Shown here one piece after another: positions 8,092 to 17,146 of a DNA stretch of 64,000 nt. Below the pieces are notes generated by a model. It was not told the DNA's origin. It made no database searches and worked only from the letters and a program-made list of their open reading frames with translations. Positions within the stretch are counted from its first letter, which is position 1; the number at the start of each line of letters is the position of its first letter. Location of the stretch: positions 167,411-231,410 of the forward strand of contig JAUSNP010000003.1 of the NCBI GenBank assembly GCA_030645735.1. The letters are read 5' to 3'. The stretch is from Candidatus Moraniibacteriota bacterium (GTDB lineage: Bacteria > Patescibacteriota > Minisyncoccia > Moranbacterales > UBA2206). Made by a program: the position numbers and the translations under genes.

Positions 8092-8679
8092 CTAGTGATT
8101 CTTTTTTATTTTTTGCAAAACTTTGGGAATTTTTTGGAAATCCTTTTTGAGTGTTTCTCGCAAACTGCCATTGTAGAGTGCTGCTGCTGGATGATAGAGA
8201 GTGAAGATGTTTTGTGAACCAATTTGCGCAAGATTTATTTTTGTAACTTGGCCGTGGATTTCAGAAATCTTGGCCTTTGGCAGAAATCTTTCCATGCTGT
8301 GGCGGCCGAGAGTGATGATGAGTTTGGGCTGGATGATTTGGATTTGTTGCAAGAGCCATGGCCAGCAAGTGGCGATTTCTTCAGGCGACGGGTCGCGATT
8401 TTCGGGTGGGCGACATTTGCAGACATTGGCGATGTAGACGTCTTCCCTTTTCAATTTTATTTCGGCTAACATTTCATTCAAGAATTTTCCAGCCGCGCCG
8501 ACAAAGGGAGTCCCACTTGCATCTTCCTTTTTGCCTGGCGCCTCGCCGATAAACATAATCTCCGCTTCGGAATTGCCTGAACCGAAAACGACCTGAGTGC
8601 AACCCTCTCTGAGGGAGCATTTAGAGCATTGTTGCATTTGCTCGTTTAGCTTATTTAATTTTTGCAGTTTAGTTTGCAT
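8092..8679 (-). CDS. Uracil-DNA glycosylase, family 4
   Basis: CSKCSLREGCTQVVFGSGNSEAEIMFIGEAPGKKEDASGTPFVGAAGKFLNEML is the UDG family 4 signature. Confidence 0.85.
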   Translation of the reverse strand: MQTKLQKLNKLNEQMQQCSKCSLREGCTQVVFGSGNSEAEIMFIGEAPGKKEDASGTPFVGAAGKFLNEMLAEIKLKREDVYIANVCKCRPPENRDPSPEEIATCWPWLLQQIQIIQPKLIITLGRHSMERFLPKAKISEIHGQVTKINLAQIGSQNIFTLYHPAAALYNGSLRETLKKDFQKIPKVLQKIKKNH

Positions 8680-8805
8680 GATTGTTTGGTTGCAGGTAAA
8701 AAGTTATTGGCTGTAGGGCTGGTTGTAGGTCATGGGTCATAAGTTGTATTATTTATGACTTATGACCTTAGACCATTCCTATTTCTAATGACTTCTTGCT
8801 TATGA

Positions 8806-9336
8806 CTAAGATAGATCGTGGATTCTGTGTAATTCAAATTTTCCAGTTTCTGTGTTCCAAGTGGCGAAAGTGGGTGGGTAGAAATCGCCGGTGGCGTTGC
8901 CAGGATTGAGCAGGGTGCAGTTGCCGACAACTTCAGTCCAAGGTTTGTGAGTGTGCCCGAAGAAAACAAAATCATATTTGCCAGTCTCAGCTAACTCTTT
9001 GGCTTCGCGCGGAAAATGGATGAAGGCAATTTCTTTGTTGTCTAATTTTATTTCACCAAAATTTTCATAAACAAAAGCATTCTTATATCTGATTGCGCCG
9101 TCAGCTGATTTGCTAATATGTTCAAATGTTGACATGTTCATTTGATCTTTGTCCATATTGCCAAAAACATAGAAAATTTCGCCAGCAAAATTGTCGCAAA
9201 AAAAATCCAACGAATCTTTCGTGGCCAAATCGCCACAACAAATGATCCTCTCAATTTTTTCTTGCGCGCAAAAATCCAAAACTTTTTTCAAGTTGGTTTC
9301 GTTGTTGTGGATGTCGGAGATGATGGCTATTTGCAT
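8806..9336 (-). CDS. YfcE/MJ0936-family metallophosphoesterase
   Basis: MQIAIISDIHNN...GDL...GNMD...GHTH motifs of calcineurin-like phosphodiesterases. Confidence 0.75.
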   Translation of the reverse strand: MQIAIISDIHNNETNLKKVLDFCAQEKIERIICCGDLATKDSLDFFCDNFAGEIFYVFGNMDKDQMNMSTFEHISKSADGAIRYKNAFVYENFGEIKLDNKEIAFIHFPREAKELAETGKYDFVFFGHTHKPWTEVVGNCTLLNPGNATGDFYPPTFATWNTETGKFELHRIHDLS

Positions 9337-9349
9337 ATATTTTTTTGAT

Positions 9350-10174
9350 TTATTTTGTGCGAAAAGATTTTAGCAGTTTTATATCAATCACAACTTCATC
9401 ATGTTCAGTTTCCAAAATCATATCAATATTTTTTTCTTGGGCGAGGGCGACAATTTTTTTGAAAGCTTCGGTGCCGATGAGACCTTGGCCGATGTGGGCG
9501 TGGCGATCTTTGTGGGAGGCGCATTCAGTCAGAGAATCATTGGCGTGGATGAGTTTGATTTTGGAAAGACCTATTTCTGAGTCAATTTGTTGCAAAGTTT
9601 TTTCGAAGTCGCGCCAATCATAACCGGATGCAAATGAGTGTTGGGTGTCTATGCAAATGCCATTCAACTTGGGATGGTTCACGTTTTTGATAATCTCGGC
9701 AATTTGTGAAAAAGTTGAGCCGATTATTTTTCCCGAGCCAGCGCTGTTTTCAATGAGAAGTTCGGCGGAGCCAGTGTAACCATCCAAAACTTTTGTGAGC
9801 ATCTCGGAAGTTTTTTTGGTTGCGTCTTCTTCAGAAAGTTCGCCAGCGCTGCCAAGGTGGGTCATGACAAATTGAGCGCCCAAAAGACTGGCGCGTTCCA
9901 ATTCATCGCGCGCCACGCTGATGGAGCCATAGCGGATGCGATTGTTGGCGGAAGCAAAATTGATATAATACGGCGTGTGAATGACAAAATTTGTGATTTT
10001 GTTTTTTTGCATTTCAGCTGAGAAGTTTTCCAAAAGTTCTCGAGTCAATTCTGGGGCTTTGCCGCCTTGAGGAGAGCGGGTGAAAATCTGAAAACATTCC
10101 GCGCCCAAATCAGCGGCTCGTTGTGGGGCATTGAAGATTCCGCCTGCAATTGAAACGTGACAGCCGATATTCAT
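9350..10174 (-). CDS. nfo: Endonuclease IV (AP endonuclease family 2)
   Basis: MNIGCHVSIAGG...FQIFTRSPQGG... TIM-barrel Nfo pattern over 274 aa. Confidence 0.85.
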   Translation of the reverse strand: MNIGCHVSIAGGIFNAPQRAADLGAECFQIFTRSPQGGKAPELTRELLENFSAEMQKNKITNFVIHTPYYINFASANNRIRYGSISVARDELERASLLGAQFVMTHLGSAGELSEEDATKKTSEMLTKVLDGYTGSAELLIENSAGSGKIIGSTFSQIAEIIKNVNHPKLNGICIDTQHSFASGYDWRDFEKTLQQIDSEIGLSKIKLIHANDSLTECASHKDRHAHIGQGLIGTEAFKKIVALAQEKNIDMILETEHDEVVIDIKLLKSFRTK

Positions 10175-10235
10175 AAGAGTGGATTAACTGCTTATGACTA
10201 TATTCTAGCATATAATAACAATGTGTACTTCGTAC

Positions 10236-10455
10236 GGTTCGCCACTTTCTTTAGACATGTTCTTGCCCTTACTTTTTCTTTCCGCAAGAAAAAGTAACAA
10301 AAAGAACTCTCCGCCGGCTCGTACAAAAATAAATTTTCAACTTATTCGCGAAAAAATACTGGTTGCCCCGCGCCGGACCAGTATTTTTTAGCGCTCATAA
10401 GTTTCAATTTATAGTTTTGTACTACGCAAGGCGGAAGGGTTTTTAAAACAAAAAA
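10236..10455 (+). repeat. Modular intergenic repeat, copy A (diverged; carries an internal GC hairpin bidirectional terminator)
   Basis: Starts ggttcgccactttcttt like copy C. Shares ccggctcgt, ttattcgc, cgctcataa...aattta...acgccaagg with the other copies. Its reverse complement matches 59245..59410. Confidence 0.65.
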
Positions 10456-10469
10456 AACTAGAAAAACCA

Positions 10470-10645
10470 ATTCGCCCATAACGAAGTGCGTTTCTAAATT
10501 TCAGCGCATGAGCGTTAAGAAATTTTTTGCTACTCCTTTTAGCGGAAAGTCGTCCCTAAAATTTTAGCGAATAAGCTAGAAATTTAGACAGCACGAGTCT
10601 GGGCAGCAGTTTCTTTTCGTCCACTTTCTTTGCTGCCAAAGAAAA
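10470..10645 (-). repeat. Modular intergenic repeat, copy E (near-exact reverse complement of copy D at 58997..59200)
   Basis: gtgcgtttctaaatttcagcgca...ctttctttgctgccaaagaaaatggacac is the reverse complement of the 59 kb copy with few mismatches. Confidence 0.8.
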
Positions 10646-10677
10646 TGGACACTCTGTTCTTTGGTAAAAGAAGAATA

Positions 10678-11637
10678 TTAAATGATTTCCCATCCATCCT
10701 TAGTTTCTCGGATAGTGCCTTTGATTTCAAAGCCAGAAGCGAGTTTGTGACCACCACCACCAAATTGGGCGGCGATTTTGGAGACATCTACGCCTTTGTA
10801 TTCTTCAGAGCGCAGGCTGCCCTTGATGACGCCTTCTCCGCGTTCAGAGAGGATGAGGGCGAATTTGGTGCCTGGCACAGTGTTGAGGATGCCGGAAACT
10901 TGAGCAATGTCTTCGGAGCCTGCACCACATTCTTCCAAATCTTTTTGAGTCAGTACTGAAATGATCATGCCGTTAGTTGGATTGATCTTGGCTTTTTCAA
11001 AAGCTTTGCCCCAGAGTTTCAAAGTCGAAATATTTTTATTAGAAAAAGTTGATTCGACTATTTTAGCCAAAGGTGCTCCGCGTTTCATAAGTTGGGAAGC
11101 AATTTCCATGACTTTTGGCGTGGTGTTGGAATGTTGAAATGAACCAGTATCAGACATGATGCCGAGCAATAGAAAGGTTGCCATCTTGCGATTGATTTCA
11201 ACTTTATTGAAAATAAAAAAGTCATAGATAAGCTCACAAACAGAAGAATATTTAGCATCCAGAATGGTGATGTCAGCTTTGACAGTGATGTCTGGATGAT
11301 GATCAATGATAGCGGTGATTTGATTGTCGGCAACGGTATCAATGATTTTGTGAAAGCCACGCTCCACGCTGTCAGCGCCAATGATTAGATTATACTTTTT
11401 CAAATCAAGATTCTCTGGATTGATGAATTTTTCTTCAGAAAAAGAGCGCAAATATTCAGGGAAGGCGTCATAGCAAGTAATGTCAGCTTTTTTGCCAAGG
11501 GTGCGAGCATATTCTTTGAGCGCCAAGACGGAACCAGTTGTGTCTCCATCTGGTCTGGAATGCGCAAAAAGCAGAATCTGTTCAGATTCCTTGATAACAA
11601 AGTTGAGGGTATTAAATTCTTTGGAAAACTTAGCCAT
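10678..11637 (-). CDS. nrnA: DHH-family phosphoesterase NrnA (oligoribonuclease / pAp phosphatase)
   Basis: HSRPDGDTTGSVLAL...DHH...GGGGHKLASG motifs (DHH + DHHA1). Confidence 0.8.
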   Translation of the reverse strand: MAKFSKEFNTLNFVIKESEQILLFAHSRPDGDTTGSVLALKEYARTLGKKADITCYDAFPEYLRSFSEEKFINPENLDLKKYNLIIGADSVERGFHKIIDTVADNQITAIIDHHPDITVKADITILDAKYSSVCELIYDFFIFNKVEINRKMATFLLLGIMSDTGSFQHSNTTPKVMEIASQLMKRGAPLAKIVESTFSNKNISTLKLWGKAFEKAKINPTNGMIISVLTQKDLEECGAGSEDIAQVSGILNTVPGTKFALILSERGEGVIKGSLRSEEYKGVDVSKIAAQFGGGGHKLASGFEIKGTIRETKDGWEII

Positions 11638-11698
11638 AACTCTTTAATTTACAAAGCCATAATAAAATGCGACTCTTGTCGCATTTTAAGTTGTGTAT

Positions 11699-12028
11699 TT
11701 ATATTTCTCGCAGCAGCCTTTCGATTTCATCAGCTTTGGACTCAGTCCGGTCGGTGATGAATTGAATTTTTGGCAACGGGCGCATATGCAATTTTTTGTT
11801 GAGCGCGCCCTGGATGCGATAGAGTTCTTTCGTGAGAGTCTTTTGCGTATAGTCCATTTCCTTCTCAGGGAAGACACTCACGAATATACGAGTATAGCGA
11901 AGATCAGGCGTAGTGTCAACCTTGGCGATGGTGGCAAAAACACCCTCCTTTAGGGACAGATCTTTAAGGATTATTTCATTAACATGCTGTTTGATCAGCT
12001 CGTTGATTTTTTGAGTTCTTTCGGACAT
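11699..12028 (-). CDS. rbfA: Ribosome-binding factor A
   Basis: 109 aa; RbfA KH-like pattern ...TRIFVSV...; sits next to infB. Confidence 0.8.
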   Translation of the reverse strand: MSERTQKINELIKQHVNEIILKDLSLKEGVFATIAKVDTTPDLRYTRIFVSVFPEKEMDYTQKTLTKELYRIQGALNKKLHMRPLPKIQFITDRTESKADEIERLLREI

Positions 12029-12035
12029 AATATTG

Positions 12036-12235
12036 TTCTAACTTTTCTTTGGCAGCAAAGAAAAGTTACAAAAGAAACTGCCGACGCCGGCTCGTGCTGT
12101 CTAAATTTCTAGCTTACTCGCTAAAATTCCAATAAGTGTTAGAAAAGCTTTCTAGTATGTAATTTTTTAACGCTCGTGCGCTGAAATTTAGAAACGCACT
12201 TCGCAAGGCGCGGACATTTTTTTAAAATTATTAAA
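12036..12235 (+). repeat. Modular intergenic repeat, copy B
   Basis: taacttttctttggcagcaaagaaaagtta hairpin; ccggctcgtgctgtctaaatttctagcttactcgctaaaatt; ttttttaacgctcgtgcgctgaaatttagaaacgcac. Confidence 0.8.
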
Positions 12236-12236
12236 A

Positions 12237-14018
12237 TTACAGGGTTTTCTTTTTGACTTCCTCGGTGTAGCAGACGATGGTATCGCCTTCTTTGATTTTG
12301 GTTTCGCCGTCAAAGGTGATGCCACATTCGTTGTTCTTAGTTACTTCGTCTACATCAACTTTGTTTTGTTGCAAATTTATCAGCTTGCCTTTGCCGATGA
12401 TGGCATCGTTGCGCATAACTTCAATCAAGCAATTTTTGGCAATCTTGCCAGAAACAACTTTTCCACCAACGATCATATCTTTCTTGCCAGTTTTGAAAAG
12501 GGCCAAAACTGTCATCTTACCAAAATCAGTTCGCTCAATAGTTGGTGGTAGCATTTCAGTTAATCTATTTTTAATGTCAGACACTAATTCATAAATGATT
12601 TTGTAGTTTTTGACTTCAACCTTGCTAGACTCAGCCATTCTCTTAGCCACTGGAGTAGTTTCAATGTTGAAACCAAAGATAACTGCGTTAGCGCTTTGCG
12701 CTAGGCGTACATCAGACTCAGTAGTGTTCCCAACTCCGATACCAATATAGTTGACTGCTACTTCATCAGATTTGATTTCGCTTAGAATTTGTTGAATGGC
12801 TTCAAGTGAGCCTTGCACATCTGATTTGAGAATCACATTTAGTTTTTGAATTTTTTCATCACCGATAGCTTTGTAAATTTTTTGCGCATTGAGTTCGCCT
12901 GGTCGGCCAATTGGACCACTGTTACTAGCGCGAAGCGCTTCAGCGCGGGCAATGGACTTTCCGCTCACGACTTGCAAGATGTCGTTGGTGTTGGAAGTTG
13001 TATTGAGCCCAATCAAACTGATTGGAGTTGAAGGGCCAGCTTCGAGCAGTTTCTTGCCAGCAAAATCTTCAATTCTTCGTACGCGACCGTGAGCTGATCC
13101 AGCAATGATATCCTGACCTTCTTTGAGAGTTCCAGTTTTGATAAGAATTGTAGCTACTGGCCCTTTTTGTGGATCAAGATGTGATTCCAGAACAACACCC
13201 AAGGCATCTCTTTTTGCGTCAGATTTGAAATCTTCCACTTCAGCCACAAGCAAGATATTTTCCAAAAGATTATCAATCCCAATATTTTGTTTGGCGCTAA
13301 CTTCACAGCACAAAGTTTGCCCACCCCATTCTTCGACCATAATCCCATTCTCACCCAATTCTTGTTTAACTCTTTGGATATTCGCCTCAGGCTTATCAAC
13401 TTTATTGATAGCGACAATGGTTGGAATTTTTTTAGCTAGGAGATATTCAATAACTTCTTTAGTTTGCGGACGCACGCCGTCATCAGCAGCGACCACTAAA
13501 ACTGCAATGTCAGCGATAGAAACACCTCGTTCGCGCATAGCGCTAAAGGCTTCATGCCCCGGAGTGTCGACAAAAGTGATGAGTTGACCTTTGCGTTTGG
13601 CTTGGTAGGCGCTGATGTGCTGAGTGATGCCACCAGATTCTTTGGCAGCCACACTGGCTTTGCGGATTGTGTCGAGCAAGGTAGTTTTTCCGTGGTCAAC
13701 ATGTCCTAAAATAGTTACGATTGGAGGTCTAGACTGCAGATTTTCTCCAGCTTCATTTTCTTTCTTGAGCATTTCAATCATTTTTTCCAATGTCATTGAT
13801 TCATCAGCCACAATGATATCTTCCTGAACTTCAAAACCAAGATCCTGCGCAATGATGGAGGCAGTTTCAAAATCTATTTTCTCATTGATGGTGGCAAGGA
13901 TGCCATTTTTCATGAGTTCTGTAATAACTGTGCCTAGTGACAACTCTAAAAGTTCACTGAATTTTTTGACAGTGACAGTGGCTGGCAATTTGACAATTTT
14001 TTTGATATCTTCGGACAT
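12237..14018 (-). CDS. infB: Translation initiation factor IF-2
   Basis: GTP-binding G-domain VTILGHVDHGKTTLLD...DTPGHEAF...NKVDK and the IF-2 C-terminal domains. Start set at MSEDIKK (ORF track 14060 is a 14-aa extension). Confidence 0.93.
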   Translation of the reverse strand: MSEDIKKIVKLPATVTVKKFSELLELSLGTVITELMKNGILATINEKIDFETASIIAQDLGFEVQEDIIVADESMTLEKMIEMLKKENEAGENLQSRPPIVTILGHVDHGKTTLLDTIRKASVAAKESGGITQHISAYQAKRKGQLITFVDTPGHEAFSAMRERGVSIADIAVLVVAADDGVRPQTKEVIEYLLAKKIPTIVAINKVDKPEANIQRVKQELGENGIMVEEWGGQTLCCEVSAKQNIGIDNLLENILLVAEVEDFKSDAKRDALGVVLESHLDPQKGPVATILIKTGTLKEGQDIIAGSAHGRVRRIEDFAGKKLLEAGPSTPISLIGLNTTSNTNDILQVVSGKSIARAEALRASNSGPIGRPGELNAQKIYKAIGDEKIQKLNVILKSDVQGSLEAIQQILSEIKSDEVAVNYIGIGVGNTTESDVRLAQSANAVIFGFNIETTPVAKRMAESSKVEVKNYKIIYELVSDIKNRLTEMLPPTIERTDFGKMTVLALFKTGKKDMIVGGKVVSGKIAKNCLIEVMRNDAIIGKGKLINLQQNKVDVDEVTKNNECGITFDGETKIKEGDTIVCYTEEVKKKTL

Positions 14019-14114
14019 TTTTTTTAAATAATCAATAACCAAGAAACAAATAACAAACAATATTCAATTATCAAATTTCAATATACAAACTGTTGGTTAT
14101 TGGAATTTGAGATT

Positions 14115-14134
14115 CCTGCCTGCCAGCAGGCAGG
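14115..14134. repeat. GC-rich palindrome CCTGCCTGCCAGCAGGCAGG (copy 2), with flanking 10-bp direct repeat TTGGTTATTG at 14093-14102 and 14138-14147
   Basis: Read directly from the sequence. Confidence 0.8.
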
Positions 14135-14189
14135 TGTTTGGTTATTGTATCTTGTTTCTTGTATCTTGCGTAGTGATTATTTTTAAAAC

Positions 14190-14705
14190 TTATATTTTCT
14201 TAGTATCAGCCACTTTAGCCAGCTTGATGGCTTGCTTTTCCTCTTCAGTGAGGGGATATTTTTCTGATTCTCCGGCAGTTATGGCTTTGGCATAAACACG
14301 AGTTCCTTCGCGGGTATATAAGGAGGAGATGGTTAGGCCATTATTTTTGCCATTCAGCATAGCAATGGCAAAGCTTTGATCGCCACCCACATCTTTGAAT
14401 GGGTTATATCGAATTACGGCAACCTTGTGTAGTCCTTTGTAGGCCTGCATATTTATCTGATTGGAAATGTTGTATAGCTCCTGAATATCCTTGTCCAGAG
14501 CCTTAATCGACTTGGAATGACCAATAATAATGTCTTCAACATTTTTAACATTATTACCAGCAAAGAACTCAAGATTCTTTTTGTTGATCTTTCTGATGCT
14601 TATTTGAAGCAAAAAAATCCAAATAAGCATAGCAAGAATTATCATAAATAGGGTTATGATAATTATTGGCTCGTAATTACGCAATAAATTTAGGATAGGT
14701 TGCAT
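14190..14705 (-). CDS. Membrane-anchored hypothetical protein (DUF4446-like)
   Basis: N-terminal TM helix. C-terminal VIRYNPFKDVGGDQSFAIAMLNGKNNGLTISSLYTREGTRVYAK resembles the DUF4446 family. Confidence 0.5.
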   Translation of the reverse strand: MQPILNLLRNYEPIIIITLFMIILAMLIWIFLLQISIRKINKKNLEFFAGNNVKNVEDIIIGHSKSIKALDKDIQELYNISNQINMQAYKGLHKVAVIRYNPFKDVGGDQSFAIAMLNGKNNGLTISSLYTREGTRVYAKAITAGESEKYPLTEEEKQAIKLAKVADTKKI

Positions 14706-14804
14706 AAAAATGGCTTATTTGTATATTAAAGCTAGCATTTATAGGGCGTTATGTAAAGGTCGCCTACGTAAATCATCTGAATGATTTGCTTCAGCGAACT
14801 AAAG

Positions 14805-14891
14805 CGGAGAGTACAGGAGTTGAACCTGTGAGGAGATTGCTCCCCAACCGCATTTCGAGTGCGGCGCGTTAGACCACTCTGCCAACTCTCC
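14805..14891 (-). tRNA. tRNA-Ser (anticodon CGA), long variable arm
   Basis: Reverse complement ggagagt-tg-gcagagtggtctaacgc...cTCGAaa...tggggagcaatctcctc...acagg-ttcaact-cctgt-actctcc-G. Confidence 0.85.
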
Positions 14892-14918
14892 GTATTTTTT
14901 TAGTGACAACTTAGTGCC

Positions 14919-14938
14919 CCTGCCTGCCGGCAGGCAGG
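14919..14938. repeat. GC-rich palindrome CCTGCCTGCCGGCAGGCAGG (copy 3)
   Basis: Identical to copy 1; lies immediately adjacent to the tRNA-Ser gene. Confidence 0.85.
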
Positions 14939-15078
14939 TTCAACCAACTCGGCCACTCTTCCATATCACAGGTTGTTTATTAAAGTTACCTTATTTTGTG
15001 AATGTTATCAACAGCAACCAAGATTATTCTGGTTGTTGAAATGTTATTTTTGTTGTAGAATAAAATTAATAAAATAAT

Positions 15079-15663
15079 ATGTCTTCGGAAAATATGACCA
15101 ATGAAATTGAGTCTAGCAAAGTTCAGTCTTTCACGGTTAAGTTTATTAATCCGGAAGCGGTGATTGAAAAAATTGATATACCCAATGGAAGTGTGGTAGC
15201 TGATTTTGGTTGTGGCAGTGGTTATTTTTCTTTGCCAATTGCGAAAAAAATTGGCGAGCAGGGCGTAGTGTATTCTTTAGATATTCTTCCGCAGAGTCTC
15301 GAGACTGTGGCTAGCCAAGCCAAGACTGCTGGGCTCACTAATATTGTAACTAAGCGAGTCAACTTGGAAAAAGCTGGGGGATCACGATTGCCAGATGCAA
15401 GCTGCGATTGGGTGATTATGAAAGATATGCTTTTTCAGAATACAAATAAAAAAGTTATATTAGAAGAAGGCAGGAGGGTTCTCAAGGATGGAGGCAGAAT
15501 TCTGTTGATTGAATGGAATCTAGAGGATGCTTCAATTGGGCCAAACAAAAGTTTGCGAATTTCCAAGGAGGCTTTGACTGAACTGATTCAACAAACCAAT
15601 TTGAGTGTTTTGCAAGAAGTCCCCGTTAGCAATTTTCATTATGGCCTGATATTGGTTAAATAA
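15079..15663 (+). CDS. Class I SAM-dependent methyltransferase
   Basis: VADFGCGSGYFSLPIAK motif I, followed by the downstream methyltransferase fold. Confidence 0.7.
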   Translation: MSSENMTNEIESSKVQSFTVKFINPEAVIEKIDIPNGSVVADFGCGSGYFSLPIAKKIGEQGVVYSLDILPQSLETVASQAKTAGLTNIVTKRVNLEKAGGSRLPDASCDWVIMKDMLFQNTNKKVILEEGRRVLKDGGRILLIEWNLEDASIGPNKSLRISKEALTELIQQTNLSVLQEVPVSNFHYGLILVK

Positions 15664-15706
15664 AATATTTTGCGGAGGCTTAGTTTAGATTAAAAATAAA
15701 AAAAAG

Positions 15707-17119
15707 ATGAAACTAAAAAGTAGAATTTTTTTATCAATGTTTATCATAGCCAGTTTGGTTGTGGTTTCTGGTTTTGGTTGCAAGCAAACAAATCCGAAGA
15801 AATATCTAATTAATTTAGAGGTTTGGGGCTTGTTTGATGATCAAGATACTTTTGCGGAAATAATTGATAATTACAAAAAAACTAATCCGAATATTGGGAA
15901 GATTACCTACAAAAAGTTAATGCCGGACACATATAAGCAAGAAGTTATGGACGCGTTGGCAGCAGGAAATGGCCCAGATATTTTCTTGATTCAAAATAAT
16001 TGGTTAGCCCCATTTGCTAATAAGATTTATCCTGCGCCCCTAACTTTTCTGACGGAAAAAAGATTCAAGGATAATTTTGTAGATGTGGTGGCACAAGATT
16101 TTTTGAACACTGATGGTGCCTATGCGGTTCCACTGAGCGTGGATTCTTTGGGTCTCTATTATAACAAGGATCTTTTCAATGCCGCTGGTATAACTAATCC
16201 GCCGAAAGATTGGAATGAATTTGTGGAAACTTCTAGAAAATTAACCAAGCTTGATGCTAGTAATCAAATTGTTATTTCAGGCGCAGCTATGGGTACAGCT
16301 TATAATATTAATCGGTCAACTGACATTTTGAATCTGTTGATGTTGCAAAATCAAACGGAGATGATTGACGCGACTGGCGGACGAGCAATGTTCGATCAAA
16401 TTGCTAAGAAAGAGGGTCGAAGTTCGATTCCGGGGCAAGAGGCTTTGGATTTTTACACTCAATTTGCCAACAGCAGTTCATCACAATATTCATGGAATTC
16501 AAAAATGCATTATTCAACGGACGCTTTCAGTGAAGGCACATTGGGAATGATGGTGAATTATTCTTGGCAAATGGATACAATCGCTAAAAAATCTCCGAAA
16601 TTGAATTTTGCGGTGGCTCCAGTGCCACAACTGCCTGAGAGCGTGCCCGTAAATTATGCCAACTATTGGGCGTTTGCAGTGGCAAAAAACAAAACACCTG
16701 ATACGGCGGGCATTCCACCAGCGCAAGCGGCCTTGGTGACCAATGATATCCGTGTGGCAGAAGCTTGGGGATTTTTGCTCTATCTGACAACCAAACCAGA
16801 ACAATCGGTGGCGACTTCCACTGGTGTGTCTGGCGCAGGCCAAACAGTGAATTTGAATTTTGATCCAGCCAAAAATTATTTAGAAAAAACCCACAAGGTC
16901 GCAGCTCGACGGGACTTGATTGAACAACAAAAAACGGATGCCAAGCTTGGACCATTCGCAGAGGGGAATTTGATTGCAAAAAATTGGTATCAAATAAATT
17001 CAGAAGCCATTGAATATTTATTTGCTGATATGATCAATCAAGTTAACCGTGGGCAGTCTTCGGTGGCCGATGCTCTCAAAACAGCGGCAGTGGCCGTGAG
17101 CCAAATGATGAGTAAGTAA
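15707..17119 (+). CDS. Extracellular solute-binding lipoprotein (ABC-transporter SBP family 1, sugar-type)
   Basis: Signal peptide with lipobox-like VVSGFGC. 470 aa periplasmic-binding-protein pattern. No permease or ATPase genes adjacent. Confidence 0.6.
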   Translation: MKLKSRIFLSMFIIASLVVVSGFGCKQTNPKKYLINLEVWGLFDDQDTFAEIIDNYKKTNPNIGKITYKKLMPDTYKQEVMDALAAGNGPDIFLIQNNWLAPFANKIYPAPLTFLTEKRFKDNFVDVVAQDFLNTDGAYAVPLSVDSLGLYYNKDLFNAAGITNPPKDWNEFVETSRKLTKLDASNQIVISGAAMGTAYNINRSTDILNLLMLQNQTEMIDATGGRAMFDQIAKKEGRSSIPGQEALDFYTQFANSSSSQYSWNSKMHYSTDAFSEGTLGMMVNYSWQMDTIAKKSPKLNFAVAPVPQLPESVPVNYANYWAFAVAKNKTPDTAGIPPAQAALVTNDIRVAEAWGFLLYLTTKPEQSVATSTGVSGAGQTVNLNFDPAKNYLEKTHKVAARRDLIEQQKTDAKLGPFAEGNLIAKNWYQINSEAIEYLFADMINQVNRGQSSVADALKTAAVAVSQMMSK

Positions 17120-17146
17120 GTTTGTTTAAATTAAATTTGTATAAAA

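Noticed and set aside
8741-8810. GGTCATAAGT...ACTTATGACC hairpin and recurring CTTATGACTA motif (also at 10189) as a regulatory motif
   Set aside because: Only two to three copies with inconsistent placement (one 3' of a gene, one 5' of another). Insufficient support beyond chance in AT-rich DNA.
10236-10645. Possibility that the modular repeats are RNase P RNA, tmRNA, SRP RNA or 6S RNA
   Set aside because: They are multi-copy (6 modules). Canonical conserved blocks of those RNAs (e.g. GGAAAGTCCGGGC of RNase P P4, SRP domain IV GGAA motif) are absent.
14019-14060. 14-aa N-terminal extension of IF-2 (MFVICFLVIDYLKK)
   Set aside because: Hydrophobic, non-conserved. IF-2 homology starts at MSEDIKK. 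Neither start has a strong RBS, so confidence in the exact start is moderate.
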